From NCBI GenBank assembly GCA_013239625.1, contig MU054220.1:6494626-6558625 (forward strand): 64,000 nucleotides of DNA. Direction: 5' to 3'. Positions 13,900-26,439 of this stretch are shown here, one piece after another (within the stretch, counting starts at the first letter, position 1; every line of letters begins with the position of its first letter). Below the pieces are notes generated by a model. It was not told where the DNA came from, did not search any database, and saw only the letters and a list, made by a program, of their open reading frames with translations. The translations under genes and the position numbers were made by a program. Source of the stretch: Lama guanicoe (taxonomy: Eukaryota).

Positions 13900-14330
13900 T
13901 ATATAGAGCTGGAAGAAGGTGACTAGCTGCTCACCAAAGATTTGCATTTCCTTCCCATAGTACAGATTCTCGGTGGAAAAGGCTGCTCATACTAGAACTG
14001 TTGACTATTGTTGGCCGTGTGACTCTTTCCAATCAACAGAATTTGAGCAGAATTGATGGGTATCACAGTTTGTTTGAAATGGTCAAGAAATGTGAGGGCT
14101 TCCACCCTCTCTTTCTTTGTCTGCTGGCTTGAAGCAAAAGACTCTGAGGCCCTGGGAGATGGCAGAAATTACAAAATGAGAGTGGCTTAATGACTGATCC
14201 ATGTTCCAAGTTTTATCCACCAACTGCTTTAATAAACTGTTAGGTGAACAAGAAGTAAACTTCTTATTTTGTTCAGCTGCTGTGATTCTAGGGAATCTTC
14301 TCTTATAGAAGTTAGCATTATCTTACCTCA
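13900..14330 (+). mobile_element. MaLR (MLT1-type) solo LTR
   Basis: MLT1 hallmarks 'ggccgtgtgactc...ccaatcaacagaatttgagcagaa', 'gaggccctgggagatggcagaa', 3' 'gaagtaaacttcttattttgttcagc'. Confidence 0.65.
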
Positions 14331-14519
14331 TTTAAGGACTTTGATGAAAATGTTAGGAATCTGAACCTCGGCCATGTTAGAAATTTTAAATACATTATAA
14401 GGTGCTGGCAAAACTGGGAATAGAACTCAGAAAGACTGAAATTACCCATTGTGAGGGCCTCAAGCATAGAAAGCAACAGATTAGGAGAAATTGAAAAGAA
14501 ATAAAAGAATGAAAGAAGG

Positions 14520-14863
14520 GGAGGGGGTGGGCCAAGACGGCAGAGTAGAAGGACGCCTAGCTCACCCTCTCCCACAAATACAGCTAAAACCACAGCTACA
14601 TACAGAAAAAATCACACAGGATACCTACTGAACTTCTGCAGAATATCTCTTACATTGGAAATACAAGGAAATCCTCACAAAACTGATAAACAAGTTTCTA
14701 GTGTATAGCACAGGCAACTATACTCAATATCTTGTAGTAACCTATAATGAAAAGAATATGAAAAGAATATATTTTTGTGTATGTATGACTGAAACATTGT
14801 GCTGTACACCAGAAATTGACACAGTGTTGTAAAGTGACTACACTTCAATTAAAAAATAAAAAT
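14520..14863 (+). mobile_element. Mini L1: L1 5'UTR start fused to L1 3' terminus (putative spliced, ORF-less retrocopy) with TSD
   Basis: 5' 'ggaggggg...caagacggcagagtagaaggacg' L1 start with YY1-like motif (14533-14541); 14686 onward aligns with the L1 3' ends at 22751 and 48104; A-rich tail; 16-bp TSD with 1 mismatch at 14504-14519 / 14864-14879. Confidence 0.85.
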
Positions 14864-16054
14864 AAAGAAGGAAAGAAGGATCAAAGAACTGTATCACTAA
14901 TGATTTATTATCTAGAAGGAGTCCTTGATCAAAAAGTAGATGGGATATTCTTCCCCTCTCTTCTTTCCAGAGGGAGTAACTCCTCTGTTCTTTAAGTCAG
15001 ATTTGATGCAGAGGACCAGCTTGGTAAATACCACATGTGGTCCATTGCCTCCTCTAATTCTGTGTGTACTCTTAACTTAAAGGAAGACATAAGAAAGGAA
15101 GCTCAAAGAGATTTATTGATTAAACAAACAAACAAACTTGCTCTTTTCACACTTGTATACGACCTGCTTACTTCATTGTCCATCTAAGGTTCCCGTCCGT
15201 CCCATGTAACATAATCTCTCTTTCTGATATTATCAAGTTATTCTGCATCTGACCTCATGGAATTATAAAATCTGTAAGCATGCATTTCTAAGTCTATGCA
15301 TATCTCTAGCACCTTGCTCTTTGGTAAATTGTATATGCTCTATTTTGGGTGGAAATATTTTTACCCAGAGAAGTTTCCTGAAGTCAAAGCCAGAAAGACA
15401 ACTGCTTATCTTCTGGCTGTACCTTTTCCCAATTTATTGCTCATTCTCAGAAACATGCCCTGCTTGACAGCCATAGAGAGAATTGACATTTTGTGCAGTG
15501 TTAATAGTTCTGATTTTTTTGAATGGTTTCATCTATGTGGACTAATTATGGTACCTTTTTCAATGGCTAGATTGTGATTACTTACTGGCTTATGTTTTGT
15601 CAAGCCAGCATTTGTGGAAAGAGCAGGCCATGATCTGACAAGGCTAATTTAAATAGTGTTTACATTTGTGAGCAGTTTGCAAAGGGCATGTTCACACAAT
15701 GTGATTTGTTTTGTTAACCTACAAAGAAAAAATTGACAGAGGGTAATACCTTGGGAAATGAACTTGGGACAGGAGGGTTGGAGGGGCCTGTAAGGGAGGG
15801 AAAAAAAAAAACAGCAGACAAGCCAAAAAGAAATTATATCTGAAATACATCTTTGCCTACTTTATAACAGTACAATGGGGAAAATATATGCCAAGTGAAG
15901 CATCAGTTATTTTTTTGAATCTCAACGGAGTTTACTCCGTTATTGAGTTTTGCAAAATTAGAAACCCTGACGTCAAAGGCATGGTTAGCCCCTTGTCCTC
16001 CACGGGTATAAGGCTCAGTATGTTTGATAAACCTGCCAAAGGGAATGTTCCATA

Positions 16055-16570
16055 TCTGAATTACTTACATCTTATTATACGACAACATTACTACACATGT
16101 AGTAACTTGAAACAACACACATTCATTATGTATAGCTTTTTATGAGTTAGGGGTCCTGGCTGGTTTAACTGGATCCTCCACTTCAGGATCTTACCTTACA
16201 AGGCTGCAGTCAAGGTCTTAGCTGGGGCTGAGGTTTCATATGAGGCTAGACTGGGGAAGGGTCCACTTCCAAACTCACATGGTTGATGGCAGCATTCTGT
16301 TCCTGGTGGTCTGTGGGACAGAGGGCCTCAGTTTCTTGCTGGTTGTGGATCTAAAGGTAGCCCTCAATTTCCTGTCACATGAACCTCCCCAACATGGTCA
16401 CTTGCTTCCTTAAAGCCAGCAAGGGAGGGGGTCTCCTAGCAAGAGGGCCATTATAATCTCATTTAATGTGGTTACGTACATCCTATCACCTTTGCTGTAT
16501 TCTCTGGGTTAGAAACAAGTCACAGGTTTTATCCACATTCGAGGAGATTACACAGGACATTTAAAACAGT
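16055..16570 (-). mobile_element. MaLR (MLT1-type) LTR
   Basis: 'aacttgaaacaacacacattcattat', 'caaggctgcagtcaaggtcttagctggggctg', 'ggggaagggtccacttccaaactcacatggttg', 'ggttagaaacaagtcacagg' are reverse-strand MLT1 motifs. Confidence 0.8.
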
Positions 16571-16824
16571 AGGCATGGAGAATAGGATGTATTTCTATAT
16601 CATCATAATCATATAATTTCAGCATCTGACCTCCCTTGATATAAGTATGCCCAAACAAGTCCAACGAGGTAAATTGACTAGCCAAATGCCATCTAGTGAG
16701 CTACCATTAACAACAGTCCTAGAATCCAGGATTCCTCAAGCTATCCAAAACCCTTTTTTTTTCTCTCTTCTTATTTATTTGGCAATAACCACTTTACAAA
16801 TTATTTTTGAAAAAAGAGGTGCTC

Positions 16825-17130
16825 ATTCATTCACTCAAGTAATATATTTTGAATGTCTGCTGTGTGTAAGCACTATTCCAGTCCTGTTGATAAACTAATA
16901 AAATTTTTTTAAAAAATTAAAAAAGGACAAGTCCCTGTTCTTCTGGAGCTGACATGAAAGAGTGAGAAGACAATAATGAATGAATAACACAGCTTAATGT
17001 GTAGCAAGTCAGTGACTCTGGAGGTAAATACACCGAGGTGAAGGCTACAGTCATGGAGTAGAGCTATTTTAGATGGATGTCTGTGGAAGGCTTCTGATAC
17101 GTTCTGCTGTAGTAGAGAAATGAGTGAGTT
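16825..17130 (-). mobile_element. L2 LINE 3' fragment
   Basis: 'tcattcattcactcaagtaatatattttgaatgtctgctgtgtgtaagcact...gtccctgttcttctggagctgaca'. Confidence 0.65.
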
Positions 17131-19439
17131 GAATGAAGTCCCATATGGCTCTCTGTGATCCATAAGGGAATAAAAACTAAAAAGGATCGGATCTCCCATA
17201 CAAGAAGCCAACTTTACCCATCTTCTTAGATAGACTTGGATATACCACTGGAGGTTAATGTCTGTCTTTGACATAGAAGTTAGAGGTCGTTTCCAAAGTC
17301 AGACAGCAAGGAGATGCCATAGGTTTGAACTTGTCTGTTTGATTCCAGAATTAGAGTCCGTGCCCCAGACAAGTGATCACTTCTCTTGAGTTGCAGAACT
17401 GTTTTTCAGATGTATTTCATGCATCAATAAATAAAATGGATAAAAGTGGAGCTGCTGTGTTTGGTGTAGAAGGTAGGCAGGGGATCTCCAGGACTCATCT
17501 GGTCTACTACCCATTCCAAAGTGCCCCAGTTCCAATGCAGCAGCCCCTTAAGTTTTAAACTGAAGAGCTTAGTTTATAAACCACCCTTGTTAGACCTTCT
17601 CTGGGACTACCCTCTGCTTAGCAGGACCAAATATCTTAGCGATGTGTTGTTTCCAAGGCTACCTTGTTCACAGTTTAGGTCACTACAGAGTTTGGCTGTT
17701 ATGATAGGAACTGGTGTGTCCTCTTTTGCATTTCTCTCCCATTTAGGGATGATCTGCAGGCTGAAAGACAGATGGACTTAGCTAAATTGGCTGCAGGATG
17801 GAAAGGACCATGTTTAATCAGGCAAAGAGACTTCTGCTATAATTGGTTAAGTCTAAGGCCAATAAAAGAACAAGAAAAGTTTTTCATGGCAAAAATAAAG
17901 TAGGGAACCCACAAGAGGCTCTTGGCACTCAATGTAGATTATTTTATACTCAATGCAAGTGGTTAAAAAAACTGTGTGTCTAGGGAACTGTGGCTTAGCT
18001 ATGTCTACCCTAATTTAAAATAAAAATAATGCATGGGACAGAGTGCGAGCCAATTATCTTTGACATGAATTGGGCGCTATTAAGGTAAATTTCTACAGAT
18101 TGCAGAATGAAAACTTTGCCCTTAAGGAAAAAAGAAATAGCTGGGGGAAAAAGAGGCCAGGGAGGGGTTAAGACAGCTTACAACAATCAATTATTAATAC
18201 AGATGAGCCAAGGCCAGCTGGTGCTATCATACTTCATCCTTCAAATTTCTCATTATTGGAATATACAACAGTACGTTACCGCACCAGTCCTTCCTTCGCC
18301 GTGGCAAGGAGCGTTAATTTCTGAGGCACCAAACAAGTGACAGTGAGCTTCAGAGAGCTCAGTGCTAAATGATTGGATTGTAATTTTTCTGAAAGGGTTT
18401 CATCATCATTAACCCAACATTCTGCGGATGCAGCATGTTTGAAAATAAACTATGGTCAAACTGGAGTCACATCATTAGAAGCTTTAAACATCAAGCCTCT
18501 GGTTTGCTGATACATTTTTGTGTATATGAGTGTAGATGAACACAAATGTACTCAGTCTAGCATACATCATTTTAAAGCTGTTTAGCTGATGCATCTGCAT
18601 TGGTGCAGACTAGGAAATCCGTGTGTACAGTTCTTAGGCCATGATAAATGCAGGGGAGGAGAACATTTATTCATTCCTGCAACTTTAATATGTTAAGTGC
18701 CTGGCACTGTGCTGTTACAGCAGTAAGCAAGACGAGTGAAACCCTGCCCAAAGGCGTTCCCCGTCCACGGAGTTTTTCCAGTAAACGTTTGGATTCTCCT
18801 CTTGTTTACACCAAAAAGGACAAGCTAATTGTCTGTTTGCTTTGCCAGTTTGCCTTAATTATAAGGCTTTCAAGGCCATTAGCAGATGAAGCTGTTTACA
18901 TTTTTCAAGTAGGTTGGAATTTCACCTCTCTGGTCCTTCACCCCTCTTGCTTGCCACTGGGGCTCAGCTGGGAGAGCAAGAGGGCAGGACACCAGGATAA
19001 GTACTTAATCCTCGTCACTTTCTGCATTAAAAAAAAAGATAAAGCAAGTGCTCTTGAGAAAGTGTCAGTTGCATTGCATCGCATCACACAGATAGTTCTC
19101 AGTGTCATTTTTTACAAGTATGCATGACACATGGATGATGCATGGATGACTGTCAGATTCCTGTTCCTTGCCATCTAATTATCCAACAATAGGACAGTGG
19201 ACACAGGAACTGGTGAACTGTAGCACTGGCTAAATTATCATGAAGAGACCCAGTGAGTGAGGCCAGCATTAAATACTAGAGCCTTTCCAAGAAGGGGTGT
19301 GTCAATGTGGAGACATGGAACTGGTTCATGACATTAGGAAAGTGTAATGGAAATGAGCTAGGTAGAATTGAAATAGATTGAAGTTTGGGGAAAAACTAAC
19401 TATTATCCTATTAATTTATTTCCTAGTTCCCACTTTACT

Positions 19440-19880
19440 TTTGTCTTCAACACCACCACCCTGCTTTCATTCTCTTCTCATTCTAATTTCATAATATTCC
19501 TTGTGTCCATCCCTTCGTCTTTATCCCTCTACCACCATCTTGGTACAGGTCATGATCTTTGTTAGAGCTGCCTCCTAGTGGGCTTCTTTTCCTTTATTCT
19601 TTATTTCCTTGACCTTTCTGCTGTGATCTTAATATTACAGCCACATTTTTTAAAACATGTAAACAAAATCACATCAGTCTTCCATTTAAACCTTCCCATT
19701 GCACGTAAATCCAATCTGCTTATCATGGCTGGCAGACATCACATGATCTCATCCCCTAGCAGGCTGTCCAGACACAGTTTTGTCACTTACCCCTTCCTCC
19801 ATACATCCTAGTCCCACTGGCCTTCTCTTTATTCCTGTAACTCACTAGGTCCTTCCCATATCAGAACCTTTGTCTTTGCT
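19440..19880 (+). mobile_element. L2 LINE fragment
   Basis: Pyrimidine-rich L2 body 'taaaccttcccattgcacgtaaatccaat...cactggccttctc...cagaacctttgtctttgctg'. Confidence 0.6.
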
Positions 19881-20089
19881 GGATAGTATTAAATTTGTAA
19901 TGCTGTATGTAAAATGATACTTAAATACATCATGGGAGTCAGAATGCTTGAGTGTATTTTGAAATTATTGGACAGGTGAAAATTGCATCTATATTGTACC
20001 CCAGGGGAATTTTTGAAGACATGATAAATGACTCAGCTAGATTACCCAACTTCTAATCACAAATTCTAGAGATCCTTGCAGGATGCTTT

Positions 20090-20240
20090 TACTTTCATAG
20101 TATTTTCAACCATGACATAGGTTATTATTATCAAGAGTGTACAGATGAGAAAACTGGTCCAGAAAGATGAAGTTGCTTATCCATGATCATACCCCTAAGG
20201 CACTGGCAGAGTCAGACTTGGAACTTGGGTTTTCTGACGT
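20090..20240 (-). mobile_element. MIR SINE fragment
   Basis: 'ttattattatc...tacagatgagaaaactggtccagaaag...ggcagagtcagacttggaac'. Confidence 0.65.
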
Positions 20241-22260
20241 GATTATTTCTTCCTTGAGTTCATACTACATATACTGAAGAAAACTATTAGTTTTTATGCT
20301 GAAATTACAGAGATACTCTACTTCTGATGTCTCTAATAAAAATTCCCCTCTAACATCGCATGGTTTCAGGTCTTTTTACCATACTGTAAGGTTGGGTAAA
20401 TGAACACAGCCAGGATCCCTTTAGTAGTTGCTTTTACCTAGTAACTGTGATTGTTGTGAGTCATGTGGGGCATGTAAACGGTATCAGTTGGCCTTTTATT
20501 CTCTATCGGATGCTATTTCAATCTCTTTGGTCTATGAGTGTTACTGCTTTAAACACGGATTTTCAACGTGACTCATTAAGTGGTTATATTATCCTAAAAT
20601 ACTTGAAGAATACATCAGAGGTAAGTGTTAAGCAGTTGGGACTATGAACTGGGATCCCAGATAGTTCCACTTATACTGAAATCATCACTGTAAACTCCTT
20701 TGACACGTTCTAATAGCAGCTAGATGCTTTTTCAGGTAATAACTCAAAGGAAAAGAATATTTAAGTAAAAGCTTTCTTTTTCCCTTAAAAGAAATTCATT
20801 AGCATATGCTAGATGAGCTAGTCTTCAGGCTAGATAAAAATCTAATACAACTAAACTTGCACTTGAACATTAGCGAAGTGGCAAAATGATAGTGATTGGT
20901 TAGTATTATGTATTTACCTCAGATGATCTTGGAGGATGAGGGAAGGGATTGGATTGCGATAGCTCATTAGCAAGTTACAGCTCAAGAAGCCGTGCTGTGG
21001 GTATTGCGAGTTGACTCTGTTTTGTTCTACTACTAATTTACTATAATACTCTGAGGGTATCCATTAAGGCCAGGAATTGATCCTCAGCATTGAATTGATA
21101 AGCTAGATGTCTCTTTCTAACTCATTAAGTTAATATCAAGAATACTTTCCAAAATGAGCCCAGCAGAGCGGGAAGATCCTATATGACAGCAATTGGTTCT
21201 TGAGTGTTGGGGAATTTATTCTCCCAAGGCTATTTACTGAGACCAGTTATGGTTCAGAGAAACAGGTGAACGTTGAGAATACAGATTTTTGTGCCTTTGA
21301 CTTTTCTTTTTCGGGAGATCTAGTTCTTTTGGAGATCACTCTTTCAGTATGCATCAGATTTCCCTTCCTCCAAATTCAGTGTTTATAAAAAGAATCCCTA
21401 AAAAAATCTAAAGCCCATTTTGACAAGGTTGCATGTGTATGGCTGAGGCGGAGGAAATAAGGGTAGAAATCTAAAGAATCACACCAGTGGAAAGCAGAAG
21501 ATATAATGTCTTGCTTTTCATATGGTTAAACCAAAGAGGAAAACTTTTAAACGGAAAGGGGAAGTTACTTCACTTATTTAATAAGGAAACGGCTCATTCT
21601 GTAGCTGTAAATATTTTATAGATTTTTTAGTGACCAAGATTCCTAAAATTTCTCCCAGTGATGAGGGCTGATAACTGAGTCTGAAAGAGATCCTGTCTCT
21701 TTGGGGATTACCAGCTCATGAGGATGTTGAGCTGAGGTCTAACCATCATTTTTTCTCATCACCTCTGAGTTAATCAAATTGGAATTTGACTATGGAACCC
21801 TTTTCTTGGCTCTTTGCAGTAGGCATGTTCTGATAGCTCAAGCTGTCTACATTAAGGATAATAATTAGTCGTTGGATGAGGGAACTGTACATGGTCAATG
21901 TTCCTGTGGAATATGGAGAAAATTGTGATACTATGCTGTAAGACACCAGCTCAGCCCTTGAATGACTTTAGTCAGGTCATCAGTGCTGGGCAGTCATTTT
22001 GAAGGCTTCAAAGATGACATAGTGAATCAATCTCTCATACACCTATATCGGCACGTACACACATCTCAAGTCAAATTTTACTCCTGACTCCTTTGAAAAG
22101 GGAAGGCAGAAGCAGATGATCTCCCATCCTAATTTGTTTAAATGGAGAGTAGTCTTTTTCGGCTGGCACATCTCTGGATTTAAACATCTTTTCTCTAGAG
22201 GTGGGGACAAAACAGCACTTTTATACATGAAGTCTATGAAATTTTAAAAATGCTTTTTGT

Positions 22261-22415
22261 GATCCAGCAATCCCACTCCTAGGTATATATCCAGAGAAAT
22301 CTCTAACTTGAAAAGATACATCCACCCTGATGTTCAAAGCAGCACTATATACAATAAGCAAGACATGGAAGCAACCTAAGTGTCCATCAACAGATGACTG
22401 GATAAAGAAGTTGTA

Positions 22416-22456
<41 letters not shown>

Positions 22457-22925
22457 CAGCAGAGTATTACTCAGCCATAAAAAAGAATTAAATAATGCAA
22501 TTTGCAGCAACATGGATAGACTAGAGGTTATCATTCTAGGTGAAATAAGCCAGAAAGAAAAATAAAAATACAATGTGATATCACTGAGTTGTGGAATCTA
22601 AAATAAATATGTAAATGAACTTATTTACAGACTCAAAATAGACTCACAGACATAAAGAACATACTATGGTTAATAAAGGGGAAAGGGGTGGGGGGAGGGA
22701 TAAATCAGGTGTTTGGGATTAAAAGATATACACTACTATACATAAAATAGATAAACAAGAATCTACTGTATAGCACAGGAAACTATTCAATATCTTGTTA
22801 TAACCTATAATGGAAAAGAATCTGAAAATGAATATGTATATATGTATATATTTATAATGTATCATTGAATCACTGTTATACACCTAATACAACATTGTGA
22901 ATCAACTATACTTCAATTAAAAAAT
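22261..22925 (+). mobile_element. 5'-truncated LINE-1 (end of ORF2 plus 3'UTR), cetartiodactyl type, with internal (TA)n
   Basis: 'gatccagcaatcccactcctaggtatatatccag', 'acatggaagcaacctaagtgtccatcaacagatgactggataaagaag', G-rich 3'UTR tract, 'caactatacttcaattaaaaaa' end; TSD tgctttttgt at 22251-22260 / 22926-22935 preceded by TTTT/AAAAA. Confidence 0.95.
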
Positions 22926-23099
22926 TGCTTTTTGTTGGCACAGCTGTTAACATTGTTATTTTGGCTTCTCTCAAAAACTACCTTACTTGATGCCAACAAT
23001 CACCTGGTGGCAAGTTGGATTAAGTTCATTTTACTTGGTAAAATTAGTAAATCATGACACCTTGATCATTAGCGTCACAACTTGGCCGCTTTCTCCTCT

Positions 23100-23530
23100 T
23101 CTGAGGTTATTTCCTGCTCTCCTCCTGCTCAGGCTCCAATCACACTGATCTTACAGCTTCTTTCCCATCTCAGGAGGTTTGCGTGCACTTTTAGATCTCT
23201 TCACAGCATTCTTTCATGCTTCCCTTCTGCCTGGTTGACCCTTACTCAACTCTTAGCTTTCCATGTGGTGTTATTTCCTCGAGGAAGCTTCTCCTGTCTC
23301 CCCCACCTCCCTGACTCGATTTCCTGTCCTGTGTAGATATGCTTGTCCCACAGCAGCCCAAGCTCTTCCTATACAGCTCCTACCACAGTTACTCATTTAA
23401 TTCACTGTTTAATGTTTCTCTTCTTCATTGACTGTGATATCCAGGAGGGAAGAATTGTGTTACTAACAGCACCTACCATTGCCAAAGATGTAGTAGGTGC
23501 TCAGTAAATAATTGTTCAGTGGATGAATGG
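23100..23530 (+). mobile_element. L2 LINE 3' fragment
   Basis: Ends 'gtagtaggtgctcagtaaataattgttcagtggatgaatg', the canonical L2 terminus. Confidence 0.7.
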
Positions 23531-23879
23531 TATCTATGCCTGAAGTTAATTAATGCCACAATTGTGACTGGAGCATAGTTCCTTAGATCTCAAAAGTCAT
23601 ATTCATGGTGCATTGCAGGACACTGTTGCATGCCTGTTACTTGGCAATGATTTCCTACCTGTGGGAACAAAAAAAAATGGTTTGCAGTTGTTGCAAAAAA
23701 TGATTTTAAATGAAGAAGAGACCAAGTGAATGTGAAGAAAGAGGCAGAAGAGAAGGAGATCTAAATGTTCGGAAAGTAAAGGGATGTGAAACTATTGTTA
23801 GGGGTAAACCAGATAGTTAATGAAGAAGAAATGAGAAAATTACTAAAAGCAACCACAGTCCAATTGGCAATTAAATGTG

Positions 23880-24125
23880 AGAGCAAGTGTCGTGCTTCAC
23901 ATCCAGGCAGAAGTCTTATAAACCAGTACTTACAACCCTCCCTACTGCTGCATTGATCCAGGGATCACTGAGGTTCCATCAGCCTGGATTCTTGAGCACT
24001 GGTGACCAGCAGAGCACCCCTGCTGACCCACAGTAGACATGCAGTGTGCATGCCAAATAACATTTTATTTGGTTAAGCCACTGATATTTGGGGATTGTTT
24101 GTTCCCACAAAATAATCTGGACTCT
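23880..24125 (+). mobile_element. MaLR (MLT1-type) LTR 3' part
   Basis: 'aaataacattttatttggttaagccactgatatttggggattgtttgttccc' MLT1 3' signature. Confidence 0.6.
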
Positions 24126-24164
24126 TGGGAATGACAAAAGAGAAGATGTATGATATAATGAAAT

Positions 24165-24305
24165 TTTTTTAACACTTTACTTTGTTTTTAGTAGGGGTAA
24201 TTAGGTTTATTTATTCATTTAAATTATATTTATTTATTTATTTAAATGAAGGTACTGGGGATTGAACCCAGGATAAGCTCCTACCACTGAGCTATACCCT
24301 CCCCC
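24165..24305 (-). mobile_element. tRNA-derived SINE, camelid (Vic-1-like) type
   Basis: Reverse complement reads GGGGGAGGGTATAGCTCAGTGG(A box)...GGTTCAATCC(B box)CCAGTACC, then an AT-rich tail containing 'acctaattacccc' and poly(A); short TSD tgaaat at 24159-24164 / 24306-24311. Confidence 0.85.
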
Positions 24306-24314
24306 TGAAATGGG

Positions 24315-24900
24315 TTTTTTGAAAGGCAATTTAAGCTGTAGTGAGAAAATGAGATGGAATAAGAAAAGCCAGACACCTGCAGATGAGTTTGAGGTTGTTG
24401 TAATTTAAGTGAGAGAAGTTGCAGGAATCGTACATATTTTACAAATATCAGGTAGAAGAATGGTGGCTAGGAGCAGGACCTTGGGTATCCATAGTGGGAA
24501 TAGAAAAAAATGGGCAGTTCGTAGTATATATTGGGCAGTAGAACCAAGGGAAGTTAGTGACTGATAAGGTATAAGAATGTGAAAGAAGTAGAAAACATTA
24601 ATGAGATTCTCAAATTCTGGCTTGTTTAACTACATGAACTCAGCAGGATGCAGAATACTGACGAGAGAACATAGTCTACAGGACTGTGAGAGATAATCAG
24701 TTCAGGTTTAGATACGTTGGGTTTGAGATGCCTGCCCCAAATCCAGGTCTAAGTATAGGTAGACAGTTGTTTAGAACTGGAGCTCAGGAGTGGGAGATCT
24801 AAACCCAATATATATAGATCTGTGAAGCGTTGCGATTGAGATAATAATTCTAGCTATTGTTGTAGATGAGATCACCCTGGGAGTGTGTATTTTATGACAG
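24315..24900 (-). mobile_element. L2 LINE fragment
   Basis: 'agttcaggtttagatacgttgggtttgagatgcctg...tggagctcaggag...gatgagatcaccctgggag' reverse L2 motifs. Confidence 0.7.
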
Positions 24901-26439
24901 AATGCGGGTGGGCATATCAGAGAATAGCCTTGTTTGGTTGGTTAAAAAAGTGCATTATGACTGAAAACTACATAATCTTGAAAAGCAAAGTCGATAAAAA
25001 ATTACCCAACGTAGATTTGATTCCGGATAACCACTCTGAATTGAAGAGTCCAAAATAATACCTACACTTTGATTTACTATTCTTCTTACACCAATAACTA
25101 GACCAGTTATACAAGAAATTATATATTCAATCTCCAGGGCTAAAAAAAAAAAACCTTAATGATCTGCTACTTTTAACCTCTGTGATTTCTACATGAGAAT
25201 GTATTTGCATTTTTATTTTAGCCTGTCATTTGAATCAGTAGCTAGGAAATAAAGTCTAGAATTTTAGCTGGAGATAAATTGTTATTCCCATTTAATTATT
25301 TTGAAGAGACCTTAAGTGATAAGCTTATCTAGATTGCATAACTCATACACAAATTACTTGATAAGCTTGGTCCAAAATAAGCTCAATTATGATGTTGCTA
25401 TTATGCTAAGTTTATTTGCCTGCTCTTTCAGAATCATTTTGTGTGTATGTGCCTACCATAAGGACAGCAAAATAGTCAATTTGATTTTGTCATCTGTTGT
25501 GTAATAAATTATTTTGATGTGATGCCCAGGTATCATATAGTTTAAAAATGAAAGTTCAGTTATCATAACACATAATTTATATTCATTTGGGCATGCAAAC
25601 GTTTATGATAACAGAGAAAGATTTACCTGAAAAATACGAATTTTAAAATTTGGACATTTTCTGAGAATAGACTTCCCTTATATTATTTGTTTATATCAGT
25701 TTGGCTTATTTCATGAGACTATGGAAAAGTCCTCTGGCGTAGTTACCAAATAAAAATAAGCATTCAACATGAGGCCACGCACTGAAGTTGGAGAGAGACA
25801 CTAATTCTGTCTTGAGAACGCAGGAGGTTGACTGCTACAGAGTGATTTTCAACTTGGGTTTCGAAGGATGAGTGTGAGCTACCTAGACTAACAAGGTAAC
25901 GCAATCAGGTAGAAATTTCAGGTCAAAGGCAGCATGTGCCGCAGATCTAGAATAGAATGTGGTTGATCCGTTTCAGGGCCTGCAAAGTGCCATCCCATAA
26001 AGCTGGCGGGTAGAGCAAATGCAGAAGAGCAGTAATTGGTGAGGTGGCATGTGAATGTTCACCAAATTTCAGGTTAGCTTTCACTTAAATTTAAATTGAT
26101 CCCTTCGCATCAGAGACAGGATCGTGGAATTGGTGGTTTTGAAACCCATAGCCTCTACATTTCAAATTAATCATGGTCTCTAGTCTAGAAAGAGCTGTGA
26201 GTCAATCTTATATAGTCGTCACACAGTAAACGGGAAGCTTCTTTATCATTCCCCATTAGTTTGCATTTTCAACATTTCTCATAGAAGGAGCTGATCTTCC
26301 CAACTGCCCCATTAGCTCATTTAAAATCAATTTAAAATGGTGCCTGGGAAACTGGGTTCCGCTCTGGAGGAGAACCACATATATTTCACGTATGTCAGAG
26401 GGTAGAGTGCTTTCTTACAAAACCCACTGGAACTGCATC

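Noticed and set aside
18648..19127. Longest ORF (159 aa)
   Set aside because: Begins in an L2-like tail, has no recognisable family and no coding-like composition
20560..20626. Perfect donor GAG|GTAAGT near 20619
   Set aside because: No credible upstream acceptor; isolated donors are expected by chance
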